Assembly: GCA_965205265.1 (NCBI GenBank)
Contig: CBDBGH010000003.1
Location: 4,960,001-5,024,000 of the forward strand
Length of the DNA: 64,000 bases
Reading direction: 5' to 3'
DNA from: Alphaproteobacteria bacterium
Lineage (GTDB): Bacteria; Pseudomonadota; Alphaproteobacteria; Bin95
Position numbers and translations under genes: made by a program. Shown one piece after another: positions 28,615 to 38,156 of this stretch (position 1 is its first letter; the number at the start of each line of letters is the position of its first letter). The notes below the pieces were generated by a model. The model was not told where the DNA came from and did not search any database. It saw only the letters and a list, made by a program, of their open reading frames with translations.

Positions 28615-30499
28615 TTGATATTGCCTGGTTCTCATTTCGGCTAGGCACTACATCCGGCATTTCTTCGAGCCGTGCTTCGTCGACGGTCAGGCGAGTTGAT
28701 ACGGGGTGATCGTCAGGGGCAGCCCCATGGTTGCGTAAATCTGCTCCGCCGCCGGTGTCGGCTTCGAGGGGATGACGTAGCGGTTGCCCGATTGCCGACA
28801 GCGCAGCAGGGAGCACTGGCGGTGGACGAGGGCGGAGCGGATGACCTCCGGGGACATCCGCCGCTTCTGGATGGCGACGCGGTACGCAAGGTGTCGAACG
28901 CAGGCGAAGGCCAGGAAGGCGATGGCGATGTGAGCGCGGATCCGGTCCGGGTTCCAGTGCCAGATGGGACGTATCTTCAGGTCGTGTTTGGTGATCCGGA
29001 AGCTCTCCTCGACCTGCCAGAGCCCCTGGTAGTGAGCCATCACTTCGGTGACGCGCGCGTCGCGCAGATTGGTGATGACGCCGGTGAGCCCGTCCCATCG
29101 TGCGGCCTCGGCGATCTTCTCCGGGTTCACCGTGAGCCGTGCGTCGCCCTCGACGGCGATGAAGCGCTTCGCCCCGTGATTGGAGAGCAGTTCCCTGGGA
29201 TTGTCGCTGCGGGCCAGCCTGTCGAGCAGGCGTTCCACCTGATGGCGGCGCTCGTGCGCGTCCTTGCGTGCGCGCTGGGGGCAGAAGACGACGATCAGGC
29301 GACGGCCCTTGTACTCCCACTCGCCGACCCGGCGGTCCTGTGAGCCCTCCAGCGGGGCATAGGTCCCGGGGTCGAGAACCTGCCCCAGCAGCGCGAGCGG
29401 CAGCTTGCGCAGCCGCGCGCCGACGACATACTCGCCGCCGATGGCGTCCATGGCGTCGAGGTTGTCGGCGCTCAGCATGCCCCGGTCGGCCACGCATACC
29501 GTGCGCTCCACCTGGTGGCGGCGCTGCATGTCCTGCAGGACCGGGACCATGCTGTGTCCCTCGTAGGTGGCGCCGGGGAAGACCTCGTAGCTGATCGGCA
29601 GCCCTTCGCGCGTCACCATCAGCGCCAGCAGAACCTGCGAGTCCTTGTGTTTGCCGTCCTTGCTGAAGCCGTGCTGGCGAAGCTCGTCCTCGGCGGCCGT
29701 CTCGAAGTAGAGCGTGGTGCAATCGAAGAAGAGGATCGCGACCGGCTCCGGCAGCAGCGACCGGCTCGCCTCGCCGACGCGCGTGCGCAGTCGCTCGATC
29801 ACCGTCGCGTCGAGCTGATCCATCATCCGGTAGACCTTCTCGAGCGGAAGACTCACGCCGAAGTCCTCCTCGAGCCGGCGCACGCTGCCCCGCTTGCTGT
29901 CGGGGTTGGCTACCCGCGCCATCACCACATGGAACAGCGCGTCATGGGAGGCCCGGTAGCGCGAGCGCGGCAGCAGCGCGTCGAGGCCCAGCAGCCGGTA
30001 GATCTCGCCATAGACCTCGTGGATGCCTGTGATCAGGCGCTGCTCCTCTTCAAGCTGCTTGAGGTCGACCGGGAGTTCCTCCTTGCCGTCCCCCCGGCGG
30101 CCGACACGGATCGCCTGCTCAGCGATCTTCTCGGGCGCAAACAATGCCGGCTGACGCTCGTCCTCCAGCTTCGCCTTGACGTACTCGCCGAGCTGCCTCA
30201 GGCGCTCGAGCTCGTCCTCGTCCATGGCCACGCCGACATGGCGGACGATGCGCTGTCGGACCTTGCCGCCGTCGCGCACGGCCTCGACGATCTGGACCGA
30301 GCGTCGCGGGCTGTTGGGGGAGGTCTTGATGCGCACGAACATGGGGGGAGTGTAGCGCGTGGCGGAGGCATTGACAGTCTCAAAGATTTACTAGGCACTA
30401 CAACGCAGCTTGACCGCACCGCAACTGCCAACTCATTGGCTTTACTGAAAACTCCAGACGCGAGATCGGTCAGAAGTCAGCCCAACCGTCGAAGTCAGG
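28584..30499 (-). mobile_element. IS1634-family insertion sequence, 1916 bp
   Basis: Perfect 17-bp terminal IRs CCTGACTTCGACGGTTG at 28584-28600 and 30483-30499. Confidence 0.92.
28687..30342 (-). CDS. IS1634-family DDE transposase
   Basis: FFDCTTLYFE, GFSKDGK, VADRGM, YQGLWQVEESFRITK, IRAHIAIAFLA. Confidence 0.93.
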   Translation of the reverse strand: MFVRIKTSPNSPRRSVQIVEAVRDGGKVRQRIVRHVGVAMDEDELERLRQLGEYVKAKLEDERQPALFAPEKIAEQAIRVGRRGDGKEELPVDLKQLEEEQRLITGIHEVYGEIYRLLGLDALLPRSRYRASHDALFHVVMARVANPDSKRGSVRRLEEDFGVSLPLEKVYRMMDQLDATVIERLRTRVGEASRSLLPEPVAILFFDCTTLYFETAAEDELRQHGFSKDGKHKDSQVLLALMVTREGLPISYEVFPGATYEGHSMVPVLQDMQRRHQVERTVCVADRGMLSADNLDAMDAIGGEYVVGARLRKLPLALLGQVLDPGTYAPLEGSQDRRVGEWEYKGRRLIVVFCPQRARKDAHERRHQVERLLDRLARSDNPRELLSNHGAKRFIAVEGDARLTVNPEKIAEAARWDGLTGVITNLRDARVTEVMAHYQGLWQVEESFRITKHDLKIRPIWHWNPDRIRAHIAIAFLAFACVRHLAYRVAIQKRRMSPEVIRSALVHRQCSLLRCRQSGNRYVIPSKPTPAAEQIYATMGLPLTITPYQLA

Positions 30500-31072
30500 A
30501 AATATTTCGAAGAAGATGACGGCGGCGGCATGGCGCTCGCCGCGCCGCCGGGGTACCGGAGTGTCAGTTGGATGCCGCTAGGGAATTTCTCGTCAGGCCG
30601 GTAGGCTGCGGGAGGCGGAGCGCCCCCGCACCGAGAAGGGCAACAGGGAGGCCGGGGCGATGGACGAGGATGAAAGGAGGGCGCTCAGAAGGTCCCTGAA
30701 CGAGTCCGCGGTTGCCCACAACCTGGCGGTCGTTCTGCGGCACATGAAGGAGGCCGGTCTCGAGGAGATCGAGGTCGGCTTCATCGGGCGCTATGGGGAG
30801 GAGGACTGGCATACGTTGGAGGGGCACCCTTCCAGTGTCGAGCCGGAGGGCGAGGTGCGGGGAATCCGCTACGTCCGCAACCGGGAATGGACCCCGTCCC
30901 TGATCGAACTCGATCCCATGGAGTTCTGGGACGCGGTCGGGTTCCTCTGCGACGAGTTGCTGTGGCTCGAGCAGCCGGGCTGGAACCGGGAGGAGGGCAG
31001 TTCGGGGACGATCCATATCGGCGAGAGCGGCTATACGCTCGAGCTGGAGACGATGTCCTCCGGCAAGAGGGT
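30500..31072. repeat. 573-bp direct repeat, copy 2
   Basis: Matches 28011-28583. Confidence 0.92.
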
Positions 31073-31133
31073 CTTCACGCGGATGCCGAAGGAGGCCCCG
31101 GGCGCGGATATGGACAGCCCCGGCTGCGGGTAA
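30660..31133 (+). CDS. DUF6878-like paralog 1
   Basis: AHNLAVVL, PGWNREEGSSGTI. Confidence 0.8.
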   Translation: MDEDERRALRRSLNESAVAHNLAVVLRHMKEAGLEEIEVGFIGRYGEEDWHTLEGHPSSVEPEGEVRGIRYVRNREWTPSLIELDPMEFWDAVGFLCDELLWLEQPGWNREEGSSGTIHIGESGYTLELETMSSGKRVFTRMPKEAPGADMDSPGCG

Positions 31134-31165
31134 TACCGGGCTGCGCAGAAAAAAGGAGGCGACAG

Positions 31166-31693
31166 ATGGCCGGTGAGTTGGAGGAGTTCTCCTTTCCGCC
31201 CTGGATGGTGGAGAAGGTCATGGAAAAGCTGACGCGCCTGCGCGAGACCTGGGACACGGTCTCGCGCCATAACCTTGCCGCTGTCCATGAGTGCATGGAG
31301 CGCAGCGGCCTGGTCGCGGCGGAGTATGAATTCGACGGCCAGCATGATGACGGGGCCATCCGTCTGGCGGCGCTGCAGCCGCCGGATGCGGACCTGTCCG
31401 CTGTGGCCGAAGGGATGCTCGCTTACCGGGAGATCAATGAGGAGATCGAGATCCTCGATCTCGGGGCGGTACCCCTCGGCGAAGCGCTCGGGCATGTGGC
31501 CTGGGGTGTCATGCAGGCGCACTACGGCGGCTGGGAGACGAATGAAGGCGCGCTGGGCACGCTGACGGTTTCGCGCGACGCGGCGACCGTGAAGATCCGG
31601 CCGGGCCGGGTCGGCAGACCGGAGGTGCTGACCGTCGAGGGGCGGCGCCTGGACCTTCGTCCGGCACCGGGGGACGGCAGCCCCGGACCCTGA
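31166..31693 (+). CDS. DUF6878-like paralog 2
   Basis: AAGGAGG RBS; RHNLAAV, EFDGQHDDG, GGWETNEGALGTL. Confidence 0.85.
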   Translation: MAGELEEFSFPPWMVEKVMEKLTRLRETWDTVSRHNLAAVHECMERSGLVAAEYEFDGQHDDGAIRLAALQPPDADLSAVAEGMLAYREINEEIEILDLGAVPLGEALGHVAWGVMQAHYGGWETNEGALGTLTVSRDAATVKIRPGRVGRPEVLTVEGRRLDLRPAPGDGSPGP

Positions 31694-31791
31694 CGGGCGA
31701 CGGGCCGAATTTACCGTCCCGCATTAGGATTTTCATGGATTGCTTCTATGGTTGTCCCGGAACGGCCAGCGGTCCGGGAGGGCGGTTTTCG

Positions 31792-32301
31792 ATGGGCATG
31801 TCACCGGAAGACGGGCGGGAGGCCTGCAAGGCGGTCGCGCTGCACAATATAGGCGTTCTGCGCTCTTTCCTTGCCGAACAGGGCGTCGGCACGGTCGATA
31901 TCGCGTTCAACGGCTGCGGGGATGAGGGGATGATCGGGGACATCGAGACCCCGGAAGACCCCGAGGAGATATTCTCCGCGGCACGGTTTGCCGACGCGAG
32001 GATCGAAGGTCTTCGCGACTGTCTTGTCGGGTCCGGCGGCTGGCGCGCAAGGGAGGCGCCGCCGCAATCCTTCCGGGGCGCATGCGAGCGGGTGGCGCTG
32101 TCCCTGCTGGAGGTCGACTATCCCGGCTGGGAGACCGATGACGGGTCGTCCGGAACCGTGAGGGTCGGCCCGGAGAAGGTGGCCGTGGACATCCGGATGA
32201 TGTCGGTCGAGGTCGACACGACCTGGTACGACACGGTCAACGGTCTGGAGCAGACGATGCCGCCGGTGGCCGGCGAAGGGGACGACCCGCCCGGCCCGTG
32301 A
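31792..32301 (+). CDS. DUF6878-like paralog 3
   Basis: LHNIGVL, FNGCGDEG, PGWETDDGSSGTV. Confidence 0.85.
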   Translation: MGMSPEDGREACKAVALHNIGVLRSFLAEQGVGTVDIAFNGCGDEGMIGDIETPEDPEEIFSAARFADARIEGLRDCLVGSGGWRAREAPPQSFRGACERVALSLLEVDYPGWETDDGSSGTVRVGPEKVAVDIRMMSVEVDTTWYDTVNGLEQTMPPVAGEGDDPPGP

Positions 32302-32346
32302 TGCGGCCGATCCCAGGCAATCGCGTGAAAACAGGAGGACAGGGCC

Positions 32347-32853
32347 ATGGCGGCGAGCGAACAGGCGGCAGCCAATCGGGAGGAGAAGCGCAGACTGGTC
32401 GAGCACAACACGGCGGTGCTCGGCGCCATTTTCCGGGAATGCGGCATCGGCTCCGTGGATGTGGAGTTCGACGGTTACTCGGACAGCGGAGCGGTGGAGG
32501 ACATTACCTTCCTCGGAACCGACGGGCATGTGCTCACCGCCGGTGACGATCTGTTGTCACGGACGGTGGAAGGGATGCAGAAGATCGTATCGAGCCGGGG
32601 TGTCCTGAGCCGGACCGAAGATTGCCTGAAGACCCTCGAGGATGCGATCGAGGACTGCGTCATGGATGCGCTGGCGGTGGATTTCCCGGGTTGGGAGGTC
32701 GGTACCGGCGCCTGTGGCTCGGTTTCCATCGAGCCGGAGGCGATCTCGGTGAAGATCGATTTGCGATCGGTGGAATACGAGGAGCGGGAATTCACAGCGC
32801 AGGCCGCGTCCCTGGATGAGGACAGGCTGCCCGGTCCCTCTCCGGGGGCCTGA
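32347..32853 (+). CDS. DUF6878-like paralog 4
   Basis: AGGAGG RBS; EHNTAVL, EFDGYSDSGAVEDI, PGWEVGTGACGSV. Confidence 0.88.
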   Translation: MAASEQAAANREEKRRLVEHNTAVLGAIFRECGIGSVDVEFDGYSDSGAVEDITFLGTDGHVLTAGDDLLSRTVEGMQKIVSSRGVLSRTEDCLKTLEDAIEDCVMDALAVDFPGWEVGTGACGSVSIEPEAISVKIDLRSVEYEEREFTAQAASLDEDRLPGPSPGA

Positions 32854-32884
32854 CCGGTCCATGGACAGCAGGGAGGGTTGTTCG

Positions 32885-33643
32885 ATGGAATTGACGGAAG
32901 GGGCGCCCGCGAGCGGGCGCGATGACGGCTTCACGCTGTCGATCCCGCTGGAGGCCCCGGCCCAGGACGGGAATCCCGAAACGCTGATCGTGCGGATCGG
33001 CGATGGCATCCGCCGGGGCGATCCGCGCTGGGAGGCGTGCCGACGCATCGCGCGAGCTGTGGCGGCCTCGCCGCTTGTCCGCGAGGCTGTTGCGCCCGGG
33101 ACGGGCGATGGAAGGAAGGAACCCTTCGCCGCCCGGCCCCCGGACCATGCGTCCTCAGCCGGCAGGAATTTCAGTGAGCGGTTCATGACGTCGGTCAGGC
33201 ACAATCTGGCTGTTATCGGCGCCGCCCTGGAGCAATGGGGCATTGCCGCGGTCGAGATGAAGCTGGATGGCTTCGGCGACGAGCGCGCCGTGCAGGACGC
33301 GATCTACATTTCCGCGGATCCGTCACGGCCGGTGCCTGTCGGGACCGACAGTCGGCCTGTGGAGGGGCTTCAGCTGTTCAGGCGGGGAGAGCGCAGGCAA
33401 GCTCCCGCTGCCGCGCTTGCGGATGCGCTGGCCGAGTGCGCCATGTCCATGGTGTGGAATTCCTATCCCTGCTGGGAAACCGGCGACGGGTCGGTGGGTA
33501 TCGTGACCTTCACGCCCTCCGGGGCGCGCGTGGCCATGGGATTCCGCGAAGCCAGCTACGATGTCGTCGCCGAGCGGGAGTTCGAGGTCGAGGCGCGCGC
33601 GGCCCCGCTGGCCGGGCCGGCGGCGGACGGGCCGACGCCGTAG
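32885..33643 (+). CDS. DUF6878-like paralog 5 with an N-terminal extension
   Basis: RHNLAVI, LDGFGDE, PCWETGDGSVGIV. Confidence 0.82.
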   Translation: MELTEGAPASGRDDGFTLSIPLEAPAQDGNPETLIVRIGDGIRRGDPRWEACRRIARAVAASPLVREAVAPGTGDGRKEPFAARPPDHASSAGRNFSERFMTSVRHNLAVIGAALEQWGIAAVEMKLDGFGDERAVQDAIYISADPSRPVPVGTDSRPVEGLQLFRRGERRQAPAAALADALAECAMSMVWNSYPCWETGDGSVGIVTFTPSGARVAMGFREASYDVVAEREFEVEARAAPLAGPAADGPTP

Positions 33644-33696
33644 CGGGGCAAACCCAGGGAGGGAAGACCGGGATAGTCCCGTGGTTCAGGTACCGT

Positions 33697-34125
33697 TCAT
33701 CTCCCCAATCTTCCCAATCTCCTTTTCAGCTCATTCATCATCTTCTCGTATTTGATTTCCTCCTTGGCGCCAAACACCGCGGATTCCTGGGTGCACTCCG
33801 CACGCTCACCGGCCAGTATCTTTTGCCTGTCTTCCTCGCTGTGCTTCTGCAGGTCCCGTGCGGCCTTGTCGAGCGCATCATCGAATTCATCTCCGGCTTC
33901 CGCCCGGATGCGGGAGACAATCCGTTTTGCATCCTCGTCCGATACGTTCTGGCCTTGGAGCATTCCGTCCCGGATGCAGGGCATGAAGACCGTGTCCAGG
34001 TACTGCTGCTTCAAGAGCGCCACTTCTGCCTTGACGACCTCCGGATTGGTTGCCGGAGTGTCCGTCGTCGAGCACGCTGCGACCGCAAGACCCAGGCTGA
34101 CCAACCCGAGCATCATGAGTTTCAT
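33697..34125 (-). CDS. small helical lipoprotein
   Basis: MKLMMLGLVSLGLAVAAC lipobox; GGGAG RBS. Confidence 0.75.
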   Translation of the reverse strand: MKLMMLGLVSLGLAVAACSTTDTPATNPEVVKAEVALLKQQYLDTVFMPCIRDGMLQGQNVSDEDAKRIVSRIRAEAGDEFDDALDKAARDLQKHSEEDRQKILAGERAECTQESAVFGAKEEIKYEKMMNELKRRLGRLGR

Positions 34126-34653
34126 GTTGATTCTCCCGTTAACTGCCTTGTGCATTATACATCGTGCCGGGCCTTGTCCGCGCGCGCTTTCGGGCGGCCG
34201 CTCGCCAGTGCCCGCACAAGGAGTGCGGCCTGCCCCAGGTCGTTCCAGGCTTCGGCGCGCGCCACCCGGGCGTCGATCCTGCGACGGATCCGCGTAAACC
34301 GTCTGCATTGCGACGGGCAGGCGTTGAAAGGCTCGCAAGGGAGCGTCCCTTCTTGTTGTAAACAGTTGAGCGTTTTGTTCACAACCGATGGCTGCAAGGG
34401 TCAATCCATCTTTGCATAAGGCCCTTTCTCTTGGCATCGGCCCGGGACGCGACCGGCAGGGGCCGGCCCGCCTGCAGACAAAAAACTGAACCCCGGGCGC
34501 ATGCGCGAGGCAGAGGCGGGTTCAGGGCTTGCGGAGTTTCTTCCGGCCGCCGCCTGTCAATCGGGGTCGGTCGCTGAAAGTTCTTTCGGCATTTTCAGCC
34601 GGTTGGCCTAACATCGGAGTTCTGGTCGTTCGCTTGCTGGGAGACCCGCTTCA

Positions 34654-35151
34654 ATGGCTCACCCCTACAATCACGCCGAGTCCTCGGTCCGCAAATATGG
34701 CGGCAGCATCGAGGACTATCTCGACATCCACAACTGGTTTGACGAGAGCAAGGCCTATATGGCGCATTTTCGGCACCGGGCGCTGCGCCACCATGCCCAG
34801 GGCATCTTCGAGTGCGAACGCACCTTCGGGGTGACTCGCACCAATTCGGCAGGAAGGATCGTCCCCGTTCGCTTCGTGGGCGAGCAGCATGTCAAGGAAG
34901 ACTGCGGGGGCATGATTCCCTGCCTCTCCGACTGGTTCCGCAATATCCGCCCGGAGCGCTGGATGGGCGCCGGACGACTCAAGGATGACGAGGACATCCC
35001 GGAGCAGCTGGAGGATCTATCGATGGAGGCCTGGCGGGCGGCCGTGGCCGACTGCAAGACGATGCTCGGCTATTCGGAGTGGGTCGAGATGCGCAAGGCC
35101 CGCCGGGAGGGTGCCCGGCTTGCCGGGAAGGCGATGGCGGACGCAGCCTGA
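34654..35151 (+). CDS. DUF6915-like His-rich protein
   Basis: MAHPYNHAESSVRKYGG, IHNWFDESK, FRHRALRHHAQGIF, GEQHVKEDCG, IPCLSDW. Confidence 0.82.
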   Translation: MAHPYNHAESSVRKYGGSIEDYLDIHNWFDESKAYMAHFRHRALRHHAQGIFECERTFGVTRTNSAGRIVPVRFVGEQHVKEDCGGMIPCLSDWFRNIRPERWMGAGRLKDDEDIPEQLEDLSMEAWRAAVADCKTMLGYSEWVEMRKARREGARLAGKAMADAA

Positions 35152-35171
35152 AAAGGGAGGATGGGCCGATC

Positions 35172-35660
35172 ATGAGGTATTCGCGCGAGAACAGGCTGGA
35201 AGCGGCCCGCGAGGCGCTTCAGCACAATCTCTCGGTACTGGGTGCGTTTTTCGGCAAGGCCGGTATCGAGACTATCGACATCCCGTTCCGGGCGTCCGGT
35301 GGCAATGTGGTGTTCGAGGACCCGACCGTGACCGGCAAGGCGAAAGCGCCCGAGGTCATGACGGAGATGATCGACGGGTTGCAGGATGTGAGGTGGACCG
35401 GCGCCGGCCTCGAGCGCATCCGGACCCGTCCCCTGGCGCTCGAGGCCGCCCTGCGGGATGCCTGCACCTATGCGGCGGACCTCCGGGACAATAACTGGAA
35501 GGACGGCACCAAGGGGGCGGTCAAATTCTGGGAGGACGGCGTGATCTATCTGGAGATGGAGATCCTCCAGCCGACCAACGTCCGTGAGGAGTATTACCCT
35601 CGCCCGGCCCCGCTGGAGGCGCCCGCGGGTCTTCCCGAGCCCAGGCCGGAGGGCCTGTAG
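35172..35660 (+). CDS. DUF6878-like paralog 6
   Basis: QHNLSVLG, IDGLQ, NWKDGTKGAV. Confidence 0.8.
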   Translation: MRYSRENRLEAAREALQHNLSVLGAFFGKAGIETIDIPFRASGGNVVFEDPTVTGKAKAPEVMTEMIDGLQDVRWTGAGLERIRTRPLALEAALRDACTYAADLRDNNWKDGTKGAVKFWEDGVIYLEMEILQPTNVREEYYPRPAPLEAPAGLPEPRPEGL

Positions 35661-35663
35661 GCC

Positions 35664-36185
35664 ATGACGGGCACCGATGACCTGGTGCCGCTCGATGTGG
35701 CGCTGTCGATCACCATCGAGCACAACCTGTCCGTGCTGGGCGCGCATTTTGCGGAGACGGGCCTCACGGGCGTGGAGATGACCTTCGATGGCCATGACGG
35801 CGAGGGTCATATCCAGGAGATCGCCTACCGGACGGGTGGCCCCGACCCGGAGAATGTGCCGGCGGGCACATCCGGGACGGTGATCGAGGGTCTGCAGGAA
35901 GCCGACGAGGCAAGGGACGACGGTTTCACCCCCATGGGCCGGTGCGTTGACGCTGGCCCGATGACGCTCCGGGACGCGCTCGATGAGTGCGGTCTCGCCA
36001 TGCTGGAGCGCTTCGACAGGGACTGGCAGAAGGGCCCGGGCGCCGGGGGCCGGATCCGGATCGATGCGGCGGGAGAGGCAGCCCTGGAGATCGGCGTGCG
36101 CCGGGTGACGGAGTACGAGATGCAATACAGGGCTTCCCCGAAGCCGCTGACGGCTGAAGCGGGGGAAGCCCAGCCGGGTCTGTAG
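35664..36185 (+). CDS. DUF6878-like paralog 7
   Basis: EHNLSVLG, FDGHDGEG, IEGLQ, DWQKGPGAGGRI. Confidence 0.85.
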   Translation: MTGTDDLVPLDVALSITIEHNLSVLGAHFAETGLTGVEMTFDGHDGEGHIQEIAYRTGGPDPENVPAGTSGTVIEGLQEADEARDDGFTPMGRCVDAGPMTLRDALDECGLAMLERFDRDWQKGPGAGGRIRIDAAGEAALEIGVRRVTEYEMQYRASPKPLTAEAGEAQPGL

Positions 36186-36232
36186 AGTAGGTGTCGTGCA
36201 AGAGTTCGGGAAGCCGTAAGGGAGACAGGCTC

Positions 36233-37132
36233 ATGAGTGGGGAGCGCCGTTGGAACTTCGTGGAAGAGCAGTGGATGAGCAGGGCTATCGAGGTGCTGAA
36301 TACCGCGAGGAAAATCCATCGGGGAATCCATGACTATCCGGGAAGCATCCTGACCTCCCTAGATGGAGCATGGGGAGCCGTTCAGTCTCCAATCGGGGAT
36401 TTCGACGCCGCCGGGCAGAGAGCCTTCGTCGACGGGCTGCTTCCCTTGATCTGCCGGGCCAATGACGTCGATTACGACGCCACCGGAAACGGCGATGGGC
36501 GGTCGCTTCAGGTGTGGCGTGCCCTGCAGGAGTCGAAGGCGGGCAGCTTCGATGAAGGGGACGCTGTTTTCTCGAGGACTCTCGACATGGCCTATGCCGA
36601 GCTGGAACGGACGGCGGGACCGGCGGACCGGCATTTCTTCGATGCGTGCCGCCTGAACCCGGATGCGCCGCGGGGATTGCGTGAGGAGGTGGCGATGAAG
36701 AACCTCTCCACGCTGCAGGCGCATCTGGCCCGGGAGGGCGTGACGCGCGCCGATGTGACGATGCTCGGGTTCGACGGGAAATGCGATTTCGGACGCGTGG
36801 GATTTTCGTCGGAACCTCGGGAGAAGGCCCCGGTAGAGGGCTTTCGCATTTGCCGGGAGACGCCGGAAGGCTGGATCCAGGAGGAACTGGAGCCTCTGCC
36901 CCTGCCTTCGGCGGCGGCCAGGGTCGCCATCCATCTGGCCGACATGGCCTATGACAACTGGGCGGATGACGGAGCGACGATCAGGACGGCTATCCGGCCT
37001 GACAGCGTCGAGGCCGGTGTGCGTTGGACCGAGGTCATCGAAGGAAGCGAAACCGGATACCGGGTGGATTCGTCGGCCGGACGCCTGTGGCACGACGAGG
37101 ATGGACCCGAACCCGAAGGCATGGAGCCGTGA
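36233..37132 (+). CDS. DUF6878-like paralog 8 with a helical N-terminal domain
   Basis: C-terminal half KNLSTLQ, GFDGK, VEGFR, DNWADDG. Confidence 0.75.
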   Translation: MSGERRWNFVEEQWMSRAIEVLNTARKIHRGIHDYPGSILTSLDGAWGAVQSPIGDFDAAGQRAFVDGLLPLICRANDVDYDATGNGDGRSLQVWRALQESKAGSFDEGDAVFSRTLDMAYAELERTAGPADRHFFDACRLNPDAPRGLREEVAMKNLSTLQAHLAREGVTRADVTMLGFDGKCDFGRVGFSSEPREKAPVEGFRICRETPEGWIQEELEPLPLPSAAARVAIHLADMAYDNWADDGATIRTAIRPDSVEAGVRWTEVIEGSETGYRVDSSAGRLWHDEDGPEPEGMEP

Positions 37133-37148
37133 CCTGCGAAGCGGCGAC

Positions 37149-37245
37149 ATCCTCTCCATCTCCTGAAGGGCGGGGCTTCCCGCTGTTGATGCGCCTGAAA
37201 CGGTCAAACCGGACGTCACATCGGGATTTCACGGCTTTCTGGTAG
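37149..37245 (+). other. possible IS200/IS605-family end remnant
   Basis: ATCCTCTCCATCTCCTGAAGGGCGGGGCTTCCCGC resembles the CCTGAAGGGCGGGG end hairpin of IS605-type elements; no tnpA or tnpB nearby. Confidence 0.35.
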
Positions 37246-37301
37246 CGTGCGACAGGATCGGGCCGGCCGGGCGTCGGCCGGGCTGTCGAGGAGAAGGCAC
37301 C

Positions 37302-38156
37302 GTGACCCGGAAACTCTATCAGGACACGGAAAGTGCGGCGGTCTATCTGGAAGTGGACGGCGATGTTTTCGACGTGACGTACGAAACGGACGGGACAGCC
37401 CTGACGCTGCTGATCCGGGGATGTCCGTTCGCCCGTCGGCTTGAAGGGCCGGAGGCCGAGGCGCTGCGCGCCCCGGGCGGGCCGCTTTCTCCCGGGAGGG
37501 AAGACACCTGCCTGATCGCCGCCGTCGCGGACGAGGGCGAGGGCCCGGGCAGCCCGTTCGAACTCCATGTCTGGAACGAGCGGGTCGATGACAGGGCGGC
37601 GTTCCTGCTTGGCCTGGACTCGCGGCCTGTCCTGTATGGTCCGTCCTCGCTTGTGCCTCCGGTGGAGGCGGACGGAGCGGAAGTCATTGCCATCGGCGCG
37701 AAACGGCGCCGGGAGGCCGAGATAGCGGACCTCCACAACCTGTCGGTTCTCACCGCCGAGATGGAGCGTCTCGGCATAGAGACCGTCTCGGTCGAGTTCG
37801 ACGGCTATGGAGATGACGGCGAGATCACGGCGGTGAGCTATGCACCCAGGGCCCCGGAAGGGCGCACGATCGAGGGATTCCAGGATGAGGTAACGGATGG
37901 AGCCGGCAATTGGAGTCGCCAGGACGGCGAACCCATGTCGTTCGGGGCCGCGGTCCGGAACCTGGTTTACCGGCATCTCTGGATGAATTACGGGGGATGG
38001 GTCAATGATCTGGGCTCCGGCGGAACGGCGGAGATCACGAAGGAGGGCCTTCGCGTGCATTTCGGCCGCCGGATCAAGAGCGTCGAGTGGGAGCACGGCC
38101 CGCTCCATCGCCCGGCCCCGGCCCCGCTGCAGGGCGGCGCGGGGCCGGGCTTCTGA
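37302..38156 (+). CDS. DUF6878-like paralog 9 with an N-terminal beta domain
   Basis: LHNLSVL, EFDGYGDDG, GGWVNDLGSGGTA. Confidence 0.85.
   Translation: MTRKLYQDTESAAVYLEVDGDVFDVTYETDGTALTLLIRGCPFARRLEGPEAEALRAPGGPLSPGREDTCLIAAVADEGEGPGSPFELHVWNERVDDRAAFLLGLDSRPVLYGPSSLVPPVEADGAEVIAIGAKRRREAEIADLHNLSVLTAEMERLGIETVSVEFDGYGDDGEITAVSYAPRAPEGRTIEGFQDEVTDGAGNWSRQDGEPMSFGAAVRNLVYRHLWMNYGGWVNDLGSGGTAEITKEGLRVHFGRRIKSVEWEHGPLHRPAPAPLQGGAGPGF

Noticed and set aside
30371-30400. TTGACA inside the IS1634 end as an outward promoter
   Set aside because: No convincing -10 box at 16-18 bp spacing
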